DNA of 64,000 nucleotides from the NCBI RefSeq assembly GCF_006345805.1, contig NC_042997.1:99634001-99698000 (forward strand). The letters run 5' to 3'. A program made the translations under genes and the position numbers. Every line of letters begins with the position of its first letter. The first letter of the stretch is position 1. The DNA comes from Octopus sinensis (lineage: Eukaryota). Positions 27,553 to 40,800 of the stretch are shown here, in pieces. The notes beneath the pieces were generated by a model. It had not been told where the DNA came from, did no database searches, and saw only the letters and a list, made by a program, of their open reading frames with translations.

Positions 27553-28262
27553 CTTTGATTGTTTATTAAACCGGAAACGGTTAAGCAAATCAATTCGGAA
27601 GTACTTCCGCTCCGGTTTCATTCATCATCATATTTCCATCAGCAAAAATTATGAAATTTTGCTTATATATTCTCAGAATAAAATAAATATTCAATACATT
27701 TATTTTAATGAAAGGCGATGTTACTTCCGGAAGTACACCGCTACTTATACTGTAACATCGCCTAATAAAATATTATCCACAAAAGTTTACGGTTAATTCA
27801 TATTTAAAAAGTATTGAAGTGTTTATAAATTGACCGATTCTAAATCACTATACAATAATACACTAATTATATTGTAGCGAATCTATGTGTATCAGAGAGA
27901 GAGAAATAGAGAGAGATGGGAGGGAGGAAGCGCAACATATAAGTTGAATTCATTGTCACCCCAACCCGGTTTCGTTTTGGCTATTTTAGCGGAAAATGAA
28001 ATACAGCACACAATCATTAACAATTAAGTTTTATGAAAACATACAGCAAAAGACACATACAATTTGAAATTTAAAACAACAGCATTTTAGATTTTTTAAA
28101 TATCATTAATTTTTCTATTATATTTTTGCTAATGTTTTTAGCGATATATTAATTGTGACTCAATAGTTTAGTTTAGTTGATATTTCTTTCTATCTGCGAA
28201 CAGCAATTGCTGCCATGTGTTGAAGAAATCCGTCAGCAGCAGAGGGAAATGTAGAAGACGCA
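27553..28262. promoter_or_regulatory. Putative bidirectional promoter and 5' UTRs between the PSMB5 and SMIM13-like start codons
   Basis: Divergent ATGs 710 bp apart; CpG retained; palindromes CGGAAGTACTTCCG (27596-27609) and TACTTCCGGAAGTA (27722-27735) with ETS-type GGAAGT cores; YY1-like AAGATGGCG over the PSMB5 ATG. Confidence 0.7.
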
Positions 28263-28341
28263 ATGACTGTACAAACAACTTTCATCTCCTTCTGCGTATT
28301 TGTCTTTTGTTTTTTCATAGTATTATTATTTATTTTATTAG
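28263..28341 (+). CDS. SMIM13: Small integral membrane protein 13-like, coding exon 1 (MTVQTTFISFCVFVFCFFIVLLFILL, transmembrane)
   Basis: ATG at 28263, 26 mostly hydrophobic codons + 1 nt, perfect G|GTAAGT donor (phase 1). Confidence 0.85.
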
Positions 28342-30499
28342 GTAAGTTCACCCTACTTCACCAGTTTAATATGTACATTTCTCTGTTTTTTCATCGGGTA
28401 GGTAGATAGTTTGGGATGGTTCTATTCAGACTCAGTGTTTTGTTTACGTTTTTGTCCCACTTCTGTTTTTATTTTACAAACAAGAAAAAGAAAACAAATG
28501 GCACCAATTATTTTTCTATATCTATTATATCAAATTTACTAAATATCTACTAGTTTTACCAATCGATCACTTTAGAACCTTATTTATTTTCGAGTGAAAT
28601 GTTTCAGCAAACTTCTCTATCAATTGATAATTCACTTAAAAACTTTTTTCACTTTCATTCTTTCGCCTCTTCCCTGCAATCTTCCATTTTTATCATTATT
28701 ATTTTTGTCTTGTCCTAATGTTTTAAGATGACTGTGTTTGTAATCGTTATTTTTTCTATCCTTTAACTAGATGTCTCCTCTATGGATAAAACAAATACAC
28801 ATATATCTATATATGTGCGTACAGATGTACTTTTCACATCATTGTATTTGTGTTATTTCTATGATATTCTGTTATTACGTTTAGAGGTGGGAAATCTTCA
28901 TATAGTGAATGAGAAAAACACCTTTAATATCAATAACGATTTATTTCAAAGTTTCCACCCCTGATATTGAAGATAAAATTCATTAAGCACGTGGGTGATT
29001 ATTGCCGGGATGAGACATTCGATTACATTACTCAAGCGTATATCTGTTAAATTATCGATCGTGGGAAGTTATATATAAAAAAAAATTTTACTAAGTTGAT
29101 CTAAGCTAAATCGAAATTAAATTCTGTAAATTATTGTTAATCATCTGTACCATCAGCTCTCAGGCCACTTTATTATTTAATATGTTGTTCTTTGGTCCCT
29201 GGTCAGCCCTGATCGATTAGATCTATGATCAAAGACATTCCGGCTGTGGTTAACTCGAGTTTTTGTCTTGGACAGCAATGTCCAATATGTCTTATTTAAG
29301 GTGTGATTTGGCTACTATTTCTAGCAGATCGAGCGACCTGATAGAGGTTTCATTGTTGTCTCGATCGCTTAACGTTTTATTCAATATATGACGTTTGTTC
29401 GATGCTTATAGTTTTAGCAATCACATTGACTCTAATAGATATATCCGTGGTTAAAAATTATGGAGCAATTTTTGATGAAACAACAACCATCGCACAATAC
29501 AGTCTGTACATTGTCTTCCATACATGTGACGTTTGGGGTTTTCTTTATTCCTAACACACCTGCACATACTTATGCCAATAAATTTTATATTTACTTCTAT
29601 CTGGAAGTTATAAAATTTTATAGTGTACACCTTCACAACACAAGCCTAGGCTGATTCTTATGAAAATTTTCGGGTTTCCTCGGCTCTATAATCCCCTCCC
29701 ACTCACTTATAAGTTTGATCTACTTTGAAATCACACACATACCAAACACATATGTTTGACAAGCCAACAAAGAGGTCTCTAAGTGATCGCACAATTTGCT
29801 AGAAATAGCGACCCAATCTCTGCCAAAGCGCATATTAATGTCTTCAAATGCCACATTATTGTAATCGTAGTCTTAGATATACGAAATAACAGGATGGTCA
29901 TTGCTGGGACGCCTTTTTGTTTATTTAAGCTGACTTGGGACTAAACCACAACTACTAGACAGCTGGCGAAGTTTATTTATCTTTGCTTATGAAATAAAAT
30001 CAAAGTTACATCACACCAATCGTTAATGTTTCGATAATTTGAAACTGGTAACATCGGCAAAGTAACGTATGTTTATGAAGCAACGAGCCTCCACGTGTGA
30101 TCGCTCGACCTGCTAGTAATAGCATATAAATGTCCCTGAAACTACACCCCATCATCTTATAGAGAACACACAGGACAATGTTGTCTGAGGCACTCTATCC
30201 CAAAAGAAAACACTGACCATTGCTGGAATTGCCACCTACCTATAGGGCTGACCTGCGGTTAAACACGAACACCACCGTATGTTACCCTAATGTAGCTCTT
30301 TGCTACATCGAGTTCGTTAAGTGGAATAAATTATGTTTCTGTGGGTAAAAATAATTTGTAAACTTTGTATTTACTACTTTCTAACTCAGATCTTCACTAT
30401 TTTCCTTGAATTCTATTTCTTTCTTCATAATATGTTAGCCACATATGTGTGTTTTAATTTTAAGTTTATATATATATATATATATATAAAAATATGAAA

Positions 30500-31560
30500 T
30501 ATATAAAACCATATACAGACTTTATTGGAAATTTTTATTTTGGACTTGGTGAAAGGGCTAGCATTTTTATAATATGATAATCGTGTCCTAGGGTGTTGTA
30601 TATGTGTGGATGTTTGGAAGTGGTCTTTCATTTAATGACAAGGATTGTGGGTGTTGAAGCTTACTGCACTAACAAATTGTGCCCCCGCACTTGTTCAGGT
30701 GCTGCTTCAGTGTTTTAATCTGTGAATATGTTATATTTACGACCTATTATGATGTGTAATATCTTTCTTTCGTGTCCTTTGTACTTTAGTGTAGGTATTG
30801 TGTAGAGAATGCAGAACAGAGATCCAGATAGGATTAATGTTGTCTATAATGGATCTAATGTATTGTTTGTACATCATTGTGTATCATTTCTTTATTGTGC
30901 CTTTTAAGTATGTTGTGGACGTATATTTTTGATTTGTGTGTGTTTGTACCATGTCTGTGTTGTATTTGATGTTCTCTGCCAGTGCTTGTAAAGAAAGGAG
31001 ACAGTGGAATTGGTAGATGCTACTTTAAATTCGTTGATTTGGATGGGACCAAGTTTCTAGATGATGTAAGTGGTGTTGGAGTAGTTAAGGCAAATACTGG
31101 GAGATGTAAGCATGTCATTCATCTGTATACAAGTATATGTTTTATGGAGATGTAATATATAGTCTTGTAGGTTAAAAAGTGTGGGTGAGAGGATGGATCC
31201 TTGTAGTACTGAACTCCTAACAGTGGTTGATATTTGCTTTACATCCTTTTTACTGAAACATTGTTTGGTTGACATTGTCCACTTACAACATACTATTATT
31301 ATATTAGTCGATCAAAGACAAGAAAAACTGCTTTTACTTGCAAAGGTCCTGCATGCTACAATTAGGGAGGTTTGGTGGAACAAAAAAATTATTTTATTCT
31401 TAATGGTAAATCTCTCATCAACTTCGTCAAGTATCACTTGAAGAGGAAGGTGAGAGTAGAGAGGGAAGTTTTGAGACAAATGTTTCAAAAAATGATGGGT
31501 GAATGTAGCAAGAATGGCACATTTGAATGACAGAGCCAGCTTGGGCATAATTGTATGAAC
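30500..31560 (-). mobile_element. Highly decayed non-LTR retrotransposon RT fragment
   Basis: SVLQGSILSPTLFNL resembles GVPQGS.LSP.LFN; strand-biased composition. Confidence 0.45.
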
Positions 31561-32492
31561 CAAAAAAAAAAAGAAAGGAAAAAGAGAGCTACTTACTGTA
31601 ATGTGTTTTTTTGCATGAAACTATTGCCCAAGGTTCCCATGGTCTTTTCCATAGGCTTTTCTTTCCATGGATAAACCTGATCTGTTTTCCCTTTTTACAT
31701 TGACATTTCTGTGATACATGATCCCTATTGATCCCCCCTTCCTTTTTTTATGATCCCTTTCGATTGGAATTCGACCCACTTTTTTTTCTTTTTTTTCTTC
31801 TCTTCTTCTTCCCAAAAAGAAAAGCTCTACTTTGTATTTTGTCCTCTTTGTTTTCAACCCTGTGTGGCCAATAAAGAAACATATTCTTAATTGTTTGGTC
31901 TGTGTGAGGTGGTGCTGTGCCCATGCATGGTCTTCATGGGCATTCTGAGATTGTGGTTAATGTTCCTCTTATACAATCGCAAGTTAGCAGCTGAAGGGAA
32001 AACTTGGGTAATGATGGAATTCTAGAGGACTGACATTGGCTGGGTGGGGTGAGTTACTGAGTAAAGTGGAGGTTGGGTCACAATATAGGTGATGACAGGA
32101 AGAGAGGCTTTTTAAGCTGGTTGGATGAATCTTATTGGAAGTAGTACAAGATCAACTAGTTTTAAGGAGTTGGGTGCCTGTTCAGGGAATACAGTCTAGG
32201 ATATCTGTATGTGTAGTGGAAGCAGCAGTGTAAATGTAGGGGCAGTATACTATTGAGGGCCTCACTAGAGCTTTATACAGGATTAGTAACTGTTGGATGC
32301 TGCAATATTTCTGGCAGTGAAAAGGAAGATAAGTTCATTTGATGCAGTCACAAGTAAATACTAAGACTGTCTTTAACAACATGTCCTATTAATACTAATA
32401 CTGCCACTGTATTCATGTTTATGACCATCATAACTTCTGTCCTCACATTACCCAGAGTAGGGTCTCTTTTTTTCCTATTGTGTAAGTTTTAA

Positions 32493-32712
32493 CCCTTTCG
32501 TTACCAACCCAGCTGAAACCGGCTCTGGCTCTCAGTACAAATGTCTTGTTTTCAAAAGTTCTGAATTAAAATTTTCCACCAAACCTTAGTCACAATTTAT
32601 GTTCCTAACACTAGCTGAATGATAACAAAGTTATTTTACTAAATCCTTTGTTATATTTAAAGTAACTGAAAGAAACACAGAGCATCTCAAAATAAATACA
32701 GTAACGAAAGGG
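32493..32712. mobile_element. piggyBac-type MITE family 1 (220 bp)
   Basis: TTAA TSD; perfect 12-bp TIR CCCTTTCGTTAC. Confidence 0.9.
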
Positions 32713-33216
32713 TTAAAATTTCATTACTATTACTTGCAGGTCATGTTATTATTGTGACTGTCCTGTTCAAACCATGTCAGGTCAACTTTTCCAGTAATCT
32801 TAGAATAAATACCACCAGAGTGGGATTGACCTTAAATCTATGGCCTTGTGTCAAAGTTACAAATCTGTTCTTGAAAATCTCCGGAAAATGAACTAAATTA
32901 CATGCAAAACCATGTACTAATTATTGTATCCAGTTCATTTAGTAATTCCTAATCTGTGTACATGGAATGTATATTATTCAAGCCATGACCATCTCTGTTT
33001 ATTTTCTGGCACTTATATTCAGTTCGACGTTATCTAGTGTATTCACATGATAAGGCTAAGATTCAGAGGAGATTGGCTGCCAATTCTAACAAGTTAAGTA
33101 ATCATATAGATGTGTCTTTACTCACTCAATAACTGGCTGCAAATTTATGAAGTATGAGTGACTGTATCATAGAGGAGCAACAACCATTGCAGACTAACTC
33201 TGGTATTGCTGTCTTC

Positions 33217-33448
33217 AAGGCGGCAAGCTGGCAGAATCATTAGCATGCTGGGCGAAATGCTTAGTGGTATTTCGTCTGCCGTTACATTCTGAGTTCAAAT
33301 TCCACCGAGGTCGACTTTGCTTTCATCCTTTTGGGGTTGATAAATTAAGTACCAGTTATGCACTGGAGTCAATATTATCAGTTTAATCCATTTGTCTGTC
33401 CTTGTTTGTCCTCACTGTGTTTAACCCTTTGTGGGTAATAAAGAAATA
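33217..33448 (+). mobile_element. tRNA-derived SINE family B
   Basis: 15-bp TSD GGTATTGCTGTCTTC; A-box-like AGCTGGCAGAA, B-box GAGTTCAAATTCC; AATAAAGAAATA end. Confidence 0.9.
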
Positions 33449-33505
33449 GGTATTGCTGTCTTCTCTAGCCACTACTTGATGCTAATCCTTGATATCACAA
33501 ACCCA

Positions 33506-33507
<2 letters not shown>

Positions 33508-33563
<56 letters not shown>
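33508..33563. repeat. (CT)n microsatellite
   Basis: Direct reading. Confidence 0.95.
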
Positions 33564-33566
<3 letters not shown>

Positions 33567-33687
33567 CACAGCACTGATTCAGATGACTCTGTTAAACAAC
33601 TATATTGTTCACAAACCTAACACAGAATACTTGACTTCAACAACAAAACATTTCTCCTCTATGTACCACTCTAACTACCATCTACAT

Positions 33688-33856
33688 CAGTGGTTTCTCA
33701 ACCAGGGTCCATACAACACAAGTTAACTTGAGAAAAACCAAAACACGAATTTTGAAAGAAGTTTCTATAAAACTAGTTTTTAAACATTGAATGACTAAAT
33801 GAATAAAATAGTAATCAAAGTAATCCATGGATTAAAAAAATGGTTGAGAATCCCTG
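33688..33856. mobile_element. hAT-type MITE
   Basis: Perfect 8-bp TSD ATCTACAT; TIR CAGTGGTTTCTCAACC / GGTTGAGAATCCCTG. Confidence 0.85.
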
Positions 33857-34249
33857 ATCTACATCAATTATTTTCTGCTAGCTACTCATACAAAAAAATA
33901 CTCAGGACTCCCTCAAGAAACAACACAAACCACTAGCCAGCAAACAATGTACAAATACACTTCTAGAAGCTTCATTTTCCACAAGGCTCCATCTTCTCAC
34001 CAATTCTTTTCAACATATACCTATACAACATTCTCACATCTTCACAAGCTTCATAACATCCTCCCACCATTCTTCAAACACTACTGTATAACTACTCCAA
34101 CTTCATTTAAACCATCTAGCAATCTGGTTCCACAACAGCTGCTTTAAAGTTGCACCAACCAAAACCAGTTTTCCTTTCTTATGAGCAACACCAGAGAACA
34201 TCAAATACATCAAACAAAGCACAAGTATGTTTAAAGCAATCATAGGTAC

Positions 34250-35013
34250 CACATATGACTCGAGAAAGTTCAGAGACCTTTTAACTCTGTTGGCAAAAGG
34301 TCTAAGATTGTATGATGCATGTGTATGAACTGTGATGCTGCATAGTAGTGAGGCATGGGTCCTGAATGTGGAGGTTATGCAAAGGCTGTAGAGGAATGAA
34401 GCTGGTATGCTCCACTGGATATGCATGTACAACAAAGCAATGGTGTATTGAGAGAGAAGTTGGACATAAGAGGAATTAGATGAAGTATGCAAGAGAGGAG
34501 ACTGCACTGGTTTGTGATGCAGATGGTTGGGGACAGTTGCATAAAAAAATGCCAATCACTTAAAGTGGTGGGGAAGTTGTGGAAGAGAGAGACCCAGGAA
34601 GATATGGGACAAAGTATTGAAGGCTGATCTCGAAACATTGAACCTTAGGAAGATGACAGAGGATGAAGATATGTGGAGCATTACCATACTCAAAAAGACT
34701 CACCTACCACAACAGAATTGGGATCCTAAAACCAAGGTGCCACATAAAAATACTGGTGCTGGTGCCACATAAAAAGCACCGGTGCTGGTGCCACATAAAA
34801 AGCACTAGTGCTGGTGCTTTATAAAAAGTACTCATGCTGGTGCCACATAAAAAGCACATGGTACACTCTGTAAAGTGGTTGCTGTTAGAAAGGGCTTCCA
34901 GCTGTAGAAACCAAGCCAAAGCACTATGGAATCTGGTATAGCCCTTGACCTTTCCAGTTCCTGTCAAGCCATCCAACCTATCCCAGCATGGGAAACAGAC
35001 ATTAAATGATGAT
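34250..35013 (+). mobile_element. RTE LINE 3' fragment with a 23-bp internal minisatellite
   Basis: RKFRDLLTLL..RLYDACV relic; (TGCTGGTGCCACATAAAAAGCAC)n at about 34735-34860; ATG tail. Confidence 0.8.
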
Positions 35014-35654
35014 ACACTAGATCTATCATAGACTATGCTGGTGCTCTCTGGGCCCCTCAGTCTCCAAAGCAAAGAACATAAAAAGTACACTATTATAACA
35101 GGTTGTACTATATATGAGATACCCACAGGTCACCTAAACATTGAAACAAAAATACCAGAAATATACAGCCACCTAAATAAGTGAGGGACACAGACTTTTA
35201 GTGGAGTAGGCTTAAATTCTCACAGTCCCTGTTATTATATGAAAATCTACCCCCAAACACCCAGAAGCATATGCCACACCCCAGAACATTACAACAATAT
35301 TATCAGAAAAATGTCAGCTCTCCAACTGGATCCAAACAAACAAAAGGAACACATACAGAAATAATTGTACAATCAATAGGCTCACTAGCTACAATACTAG
35401 TGGGATTTCCACCATTCTCTGGCTGAGAATATTTTACTCTCCTTCACTGCAGCCACCACCAGAATCTACTATCATACAGAACTAAATTGAATAGTGAAAG
35501 CAGTTCAACATCCTGATTGTTACTCTGTATCCCCACATGTCAGTGAGTACAGAATGGCCCTTAGACTAAAAGGGTTGTTATATATGTAATAGATCTGTAG
35601 CTGGGGTATCATGATTCCATCAAGTATCTACATTGCCAGAATTTGGCTCAGTTA

Positions 35655-35866
35655 AGGTGGCGAGCTGGCAGAAACGTTAGCATGCCGGGCAAAATGCTTA
35701 GCAGTATTTCGTCTGCCATTACATTCTGAGTTCAAATTCTGCCGAGGTCGACTTTACCTTTCTTCCTTTCGGGATCGATAAATTAAGTACCAGTTACACA
35801 CTGGGGTCGATGTCTGTCCTTGTTTGTTCTCTCTATGTTTAGCCCCTTGTGGGCAATAAAGAAATA
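35655..35866 (+). mobile_element. tRNA-derived SINE family B
   Basis: 17-bp TSD AGAATTTGG(C/A)TCAGTTA; same body as the 33217 copy. Confidence 0.9.
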
Positions 35867-37764
35867 AGAATTTGGATCAGTTAGGGTTGACCCAGCGCTA
35901 CAGTTAGAAACAAGCCAATAAGAGAGCCTCTGAGCAATGATTCAACCTGTTAAAATTAGTAACTATAACTACAGACTAACTGAAGGATTGCTAGTGTATT
36001 TGGTCTGCAGATACTAAAAGAAGCCTATCTTAGGCACAAGTGTGTCTGTGTGGTTGAGAAGTTTGCTTCCCAATCACATGTTCAAATCCTAGCTTCAGTC
36101 CCACTGTGTGACATCTTGGACAAGCGTCTTCTACTATAACCTTGGGCTGACCAAAGCCTTGTGAGTGGATTTGGTAGGTGGAAACTGAAAGAAGCCCATC
36201 GTATATATATATGTATGTGTGTCTTTGTGTTTCTCCACCATGAGAACTGACTGAATCTGTTAATATTTTTATAACAAATCATACCATGCCAATTGAGGAG
36301 GCCAAGCGTCAACAATGTGTTGAAGTATTGAATCAAAAGGATCTAACACGTTTTATCCAATCTTTTGTTGCCACATAAACGCAGTTTTTAGTGGGGAGAT
36401 AACCCAATTTTCAATGGCAATTTTTTAATGGGGTGAGATAACCAAAAAGTACCATATGTATGTGTGTGTGCCCCTCCCCATCACCACCATCACTTGACAA
36501 TCAATGTTGGTGTGTTTAAGTCCCTATAACTTAGTGGTTTGGCAAAAGTGACTGATAGAATAAGTACTGGGCTTACAAAGTATAAGTCCTGGTGGTTAAT
36601 TTCTTCAACTAAAACCCTTTAAGGTGGTGCTCCAGTATGGCCATGGTCAAATGACTAAAACAAATAAAAGAAGATATATATATATATATCATCATCATCA
36701 TCATAACATTAATAACAATAAAGAGTATGGAGACTTATACATCGTCATCATCATCATCATTTAACGTCCGCTTTCCATGCTAGCATGGATTGGACGATTT
36801 GACTGAGGACTCGCGAACCAGATGGCTGCACCAGGCTCCAATCTGATCTGGCAGAGTTTCTACAGCTGTATGCCCAACCACTCCGAGAATGTAGGACATT
36901 CACAAAATTTATTTTATAGTTATATACAGCTTGTTATAATGACCTACACATGTTTCCATCACAGTGACTACTCACTGTTGCAAATGCAACCTTGCAATAT
37001 TGTCAGTGCAGCTTCATCAGAGCCCATCCATTTGGTCATCCTTGAGATGACTTGCCTAAAATAAATTTTTGTTAGTTAGAGATCTGTGGGGGATGGGGGT
37101 GCTGTTATTTATAGGTATGTGCTGATGACCTCAACTTCACCCCAGTCACTGTCCAAAGTTAGGGTTTGATCTTAGAATAGGTTATGGTTGAGATTATTGA
37201 TTTTGTAAGGCTCTTTGTTCATTTTAATGATTCTGTGTGTTGTTTTTGATTTGGAGTGTAGTGCTTGTATTGAAAGGTTCATGTTTGTTTACATTCATTT
37301 TTTGGTTGGGCTGCTCATGATTTGTTATACATTGGGTGAGGTACTTGTCTCCTTTATTAAGATGGTTACTAAATATCTTTATGTTATTCTATTTGTTTCA
37401 TCAAGTTGCTGGGGTGTTGGCTATCTAGAATTATCTTTATATCTCTTAATGGTTCTTCTGTGTTTGTGTAAGCCTCTTAGGGCTTGTTTGTGTCTTGTAT
37501 TAATTAATGTACATTTTTATGTAAATATTTGGTAATGCTCCTCTGTGCATAATCACATCTATTTGCCCCACACGATAAGGCTTAGCAGTACTAATTAGTT
37601 CCAAATTAACAACTATTGTTTTTATTTTTAATTTGCAATATTTGAAAAATAAAAATAAAATGGTTACATTCAGGCAAAACAACAACTTTTAAATTTTTGC
37701 CATTTAGTAAGTTCCAAGTTCTCACCTTTTTTTTTATTATTTCTTTCTATTGTTTTCATTGCAG

Positions 37765-37889
37765 GCTGGTATTTGGTTTGGCGTTTCTTCTTACAACGAT
37801 TTGGTTTCATTCGTGAGCTTTATGCCAGTGAGAATTCAAATTCACAAGATGTCCCCAAACGAAGACGTGACAAGTCTAGAAAAGATTAA
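37765..37889 (+). CDS. SMIM13: SMIM13-like coding exon 2 (GWYLVWRFFLQRFGFIRELYASENSNSQDVPKRRRDKSRKD*); total 67 aa
   Basis: Long pyrimidine tract + TTGCAG acceptor; phase matches exon 1; GWYLVWRFFLQRFGFIREL resembles the GWYFVWHLFLSKFKFLREL motif recalled for human SMIM13. Confidence 0.88.
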
Positions 37890-40800
37890 TTTACAATCTA
37901 ATGGATTTATTTCTGGTTGCAAGCTGGCTCAAAACTATTTCGCTACTAAAACTTCCCAATTTATCACTGAGTCATCAGCAATCAGCAGGTGGACAAATGG
38001 CTGGTACTATCAAAATATGCAATTAACGTTGACACTATTCAAATTCAAATTACCAGTATTTTTATGCCATTTTTTAATTACTACTAATAAACCGTCCCAG
38101 ATGTTTAAACAGAACCGAAATATCAAATGCTTAAACCAATACAGTTTCTGTATGAAAGATGTAATGCTGGTGTGTTTGTGTAACTGTTTTATATAGAAAA
38201 TTATTTATATCTAAAAGAGAAATCATGCTTTGTTTTAATGTCTTTTTTCTTTCTTTTTTTTTTTTCCTGCAACCTAGAAAAGAAACAAAACTGTTGGTTG
38301 ATAGATACACAAAAATGAATTAAGAACATGATTGTGAGAAAATGGAGTGGGGAAAATGTATTTCATTGATCTCCAGAAACTCAATCCAAGAAAACTCACT
38401 TCAATTTTTGAAATATGTATATTTATATATCTACACGTTCATTTAAAAAAAATATATATGGTATTTTTATTTTTTTTATTTTTTATTATTATTTTGTTCA
38501 CAATTAAAAGGTTTTTTTTTATAACGTAACATTATGGAAAGATATGAAACTTTCATATCAATTCAAACAGTTTACGTATTAAACATAACGTTTTGTATTA
38601 GTGTGCTCATATGAAACTTCTTTCCGCAAAACATTACATGACATAGATATAGAGCAATTTTGTTCACTTCCGTTACTTTGAGATTGGTTAATCAATATTA
38701 CTGATGGAAATATTTTCCAAGCAATTCAACAGTAGCAATGTTCTGTGCAGCCAGTTTTATTTCTGTCAGCAAGTGAACATATACTTCATCTGGGATCTAA
38801 CTTACAAACCTTTATTGCTTACTGGAGCCCAATGTTCTTATCCGCCACAAAGCTGAAAACATTGGTATTATGGAAAATAGTGTTGTAACTCGACCACATG
38901 TAATACAGGTTTCATAAGTTCAAATCCTATCTTCAGCAGGCTGCACATATTCTAATGACAAATACAGACTAAAGTGCACCAGAAGCACTGATTTACTAAA
39001 ATTCAGAAAAAAACATGAAGGTCTGAAAAAAAATTTTTCCATCAATATTGATATATTTTATTTGAGTAGTCCATACTTACAAATTTACAATGGTGACATA
39101 CCTATTTGAATATCTCTAAATTATTTTTAAGAAATCACTCCTATTCCCCCCCCCCCACTAAACAGCGAATATTTCAGATATGAATTGCTTATTACATTTC
39201 ATGCATTGGAATTGGGTCTGGCTTATTGTTTGGAGTTTTGGGTCATTATAACATTCTTTGAGAGCCTTTTCATCTAAGTGTAAATTTTGAAATCAAGTTC
39301 TGCCTTTTAAAATCTTATCAAATAATTGGCTGCAATTTTTTTTTTTTTTTAACTGGAAAAATATAATTATTTAAGTGATTTTTATGTAACTATTCAAATA
39401 TTTCTCTCTATTTTTCACTTCTCTATCATTCAGTTTTGTTTATATGTTCTCATTTATTTTATGGTTCATATCAAGCACAATGGTGTGTCTGTGATCCACT
39501 TTCACTCATTAAAATGACCCTCATCACATTGAAAAAGGCATCTATCTCACAACTGCACATTTCCTTTCTTCATTTTAGTACTAAGGCAAAGTACCAAACA
39601 TATATCAAAAATCATTATTTTATGGGTTCGCTCACAAATTTTTAATCTTAATCTGTGATATATATTTATATATAAATACATATATGTATGAATATTTATA
39701 TATATGTGTATATATGTATATGTATGTGTATATATATGTATTTATATATATATATATATGTGTGTATATGTGTATGTATATTTATATATGTAATAGATTA
39801 GTTCGCCCATGATATATTTGTTTTAATACATGAAGGAAGAGGCTGGGAGGGTAACTGTTTTTTTTATATTTCATGTTTCTGTTGGCAGAAACATGACGAA
39901 TGGACAAGTGCTTCTGAAACACAAGACATGCTTCTCCATTCATTCATATAAATGATTTGTTCATTATATTCTGAGGGACATCAGTATCATGAATTTCATG
40001 TCAGAAGTGTAGTCCAAGCCACTTCACAAACATTAATATTGCCTTTGAAAGGGCATAAACCTCACCCGATTTCATTCCCTTTTCACCCATACGGTTTTGT
40101 GCCTATTCATAAACAAAAGATTGTTTGTTAAAAGCAATCACGACAGATAGGCTAATATTTTGATTTATAACTTTTTTTTTTTCCTCCTTCTTAAATCGAA
40201 CTGATGGATCACAAGCTGCGGGTACACTGAATTTTTATTCCTCAGAAACAATGATGACTTACGCAGTATATTACTGGTATTTATTTCAGTGCACTTACCC
40301 ACTCCCACCCACAACTCTTTCCTGCTGCCTTTTTTCAGTTATAACATGGTTATCCATTCACAACTATGAGACATCTCAAACCTGTTGCTTTGCTGCTGAA
40401 CCAACATCTTTATATATATATTGCATGGATCAGAATATATGTAATATTTGGGTTGAATGTTGAGCATGGGAAACAAAGAGACAAAAGAAAATGAGAGAGA
40501 AAGAGAGAGAGAGATTTAGTTTTCTACCTCACTCAATTTTTTTTTTTTTTTTATTGTTGCTGCCGTACTGCCAACTATTATATATTAATTTTCAGACCAA
40601 TCTTGAATAACTTTCAAAATTAATAACTGTCTTTCACATTGAAAAAAAAAAGAAAATGTTCAATACATTATACCCATTCTGCTTTCACTGAAACCAAAAT
40701 CTCATAGATCCTTTAAAAAAAATTAAAAGAAGAAGAAAAAAAAACTGATTGAAAACAAAAAAAAAGAGAATAAAATATTTGTAAGAATAAAAGGTATATT

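Noticed and set aside
27553-27621. In-frame upstream ATG extending PSMB5 by 23 aa (MKPERKYF...)
   Set aside because: Overlaps the ETS promoter motifs; the MAL start has better context and gives a typical propeptide
34735-34860. Regular 23-bp repeats, superficially CRISPR-like
   Set aside because: No unique spacers; a minisatellite in an RTE 3' UTR in a eukaryotic genome
37750-38196. 148-aa ORF overlapping SMIM13-like exon 2 in another frame
   Set aside because: Starts at TTG inside the intron pyrimidine tract, does not match the phase-1 donor and has no recognisable motif; an overlapping alternative ORF is not formally excluded
38660-38780. Possible stem-loop or SECIS-like element in the SMIM13-like 3' region
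   Set aside because: Only a 9-bp closing match (TGTTCACTT/AAGTGAACA), and the CDS ends in TAA with no in-frame TGA
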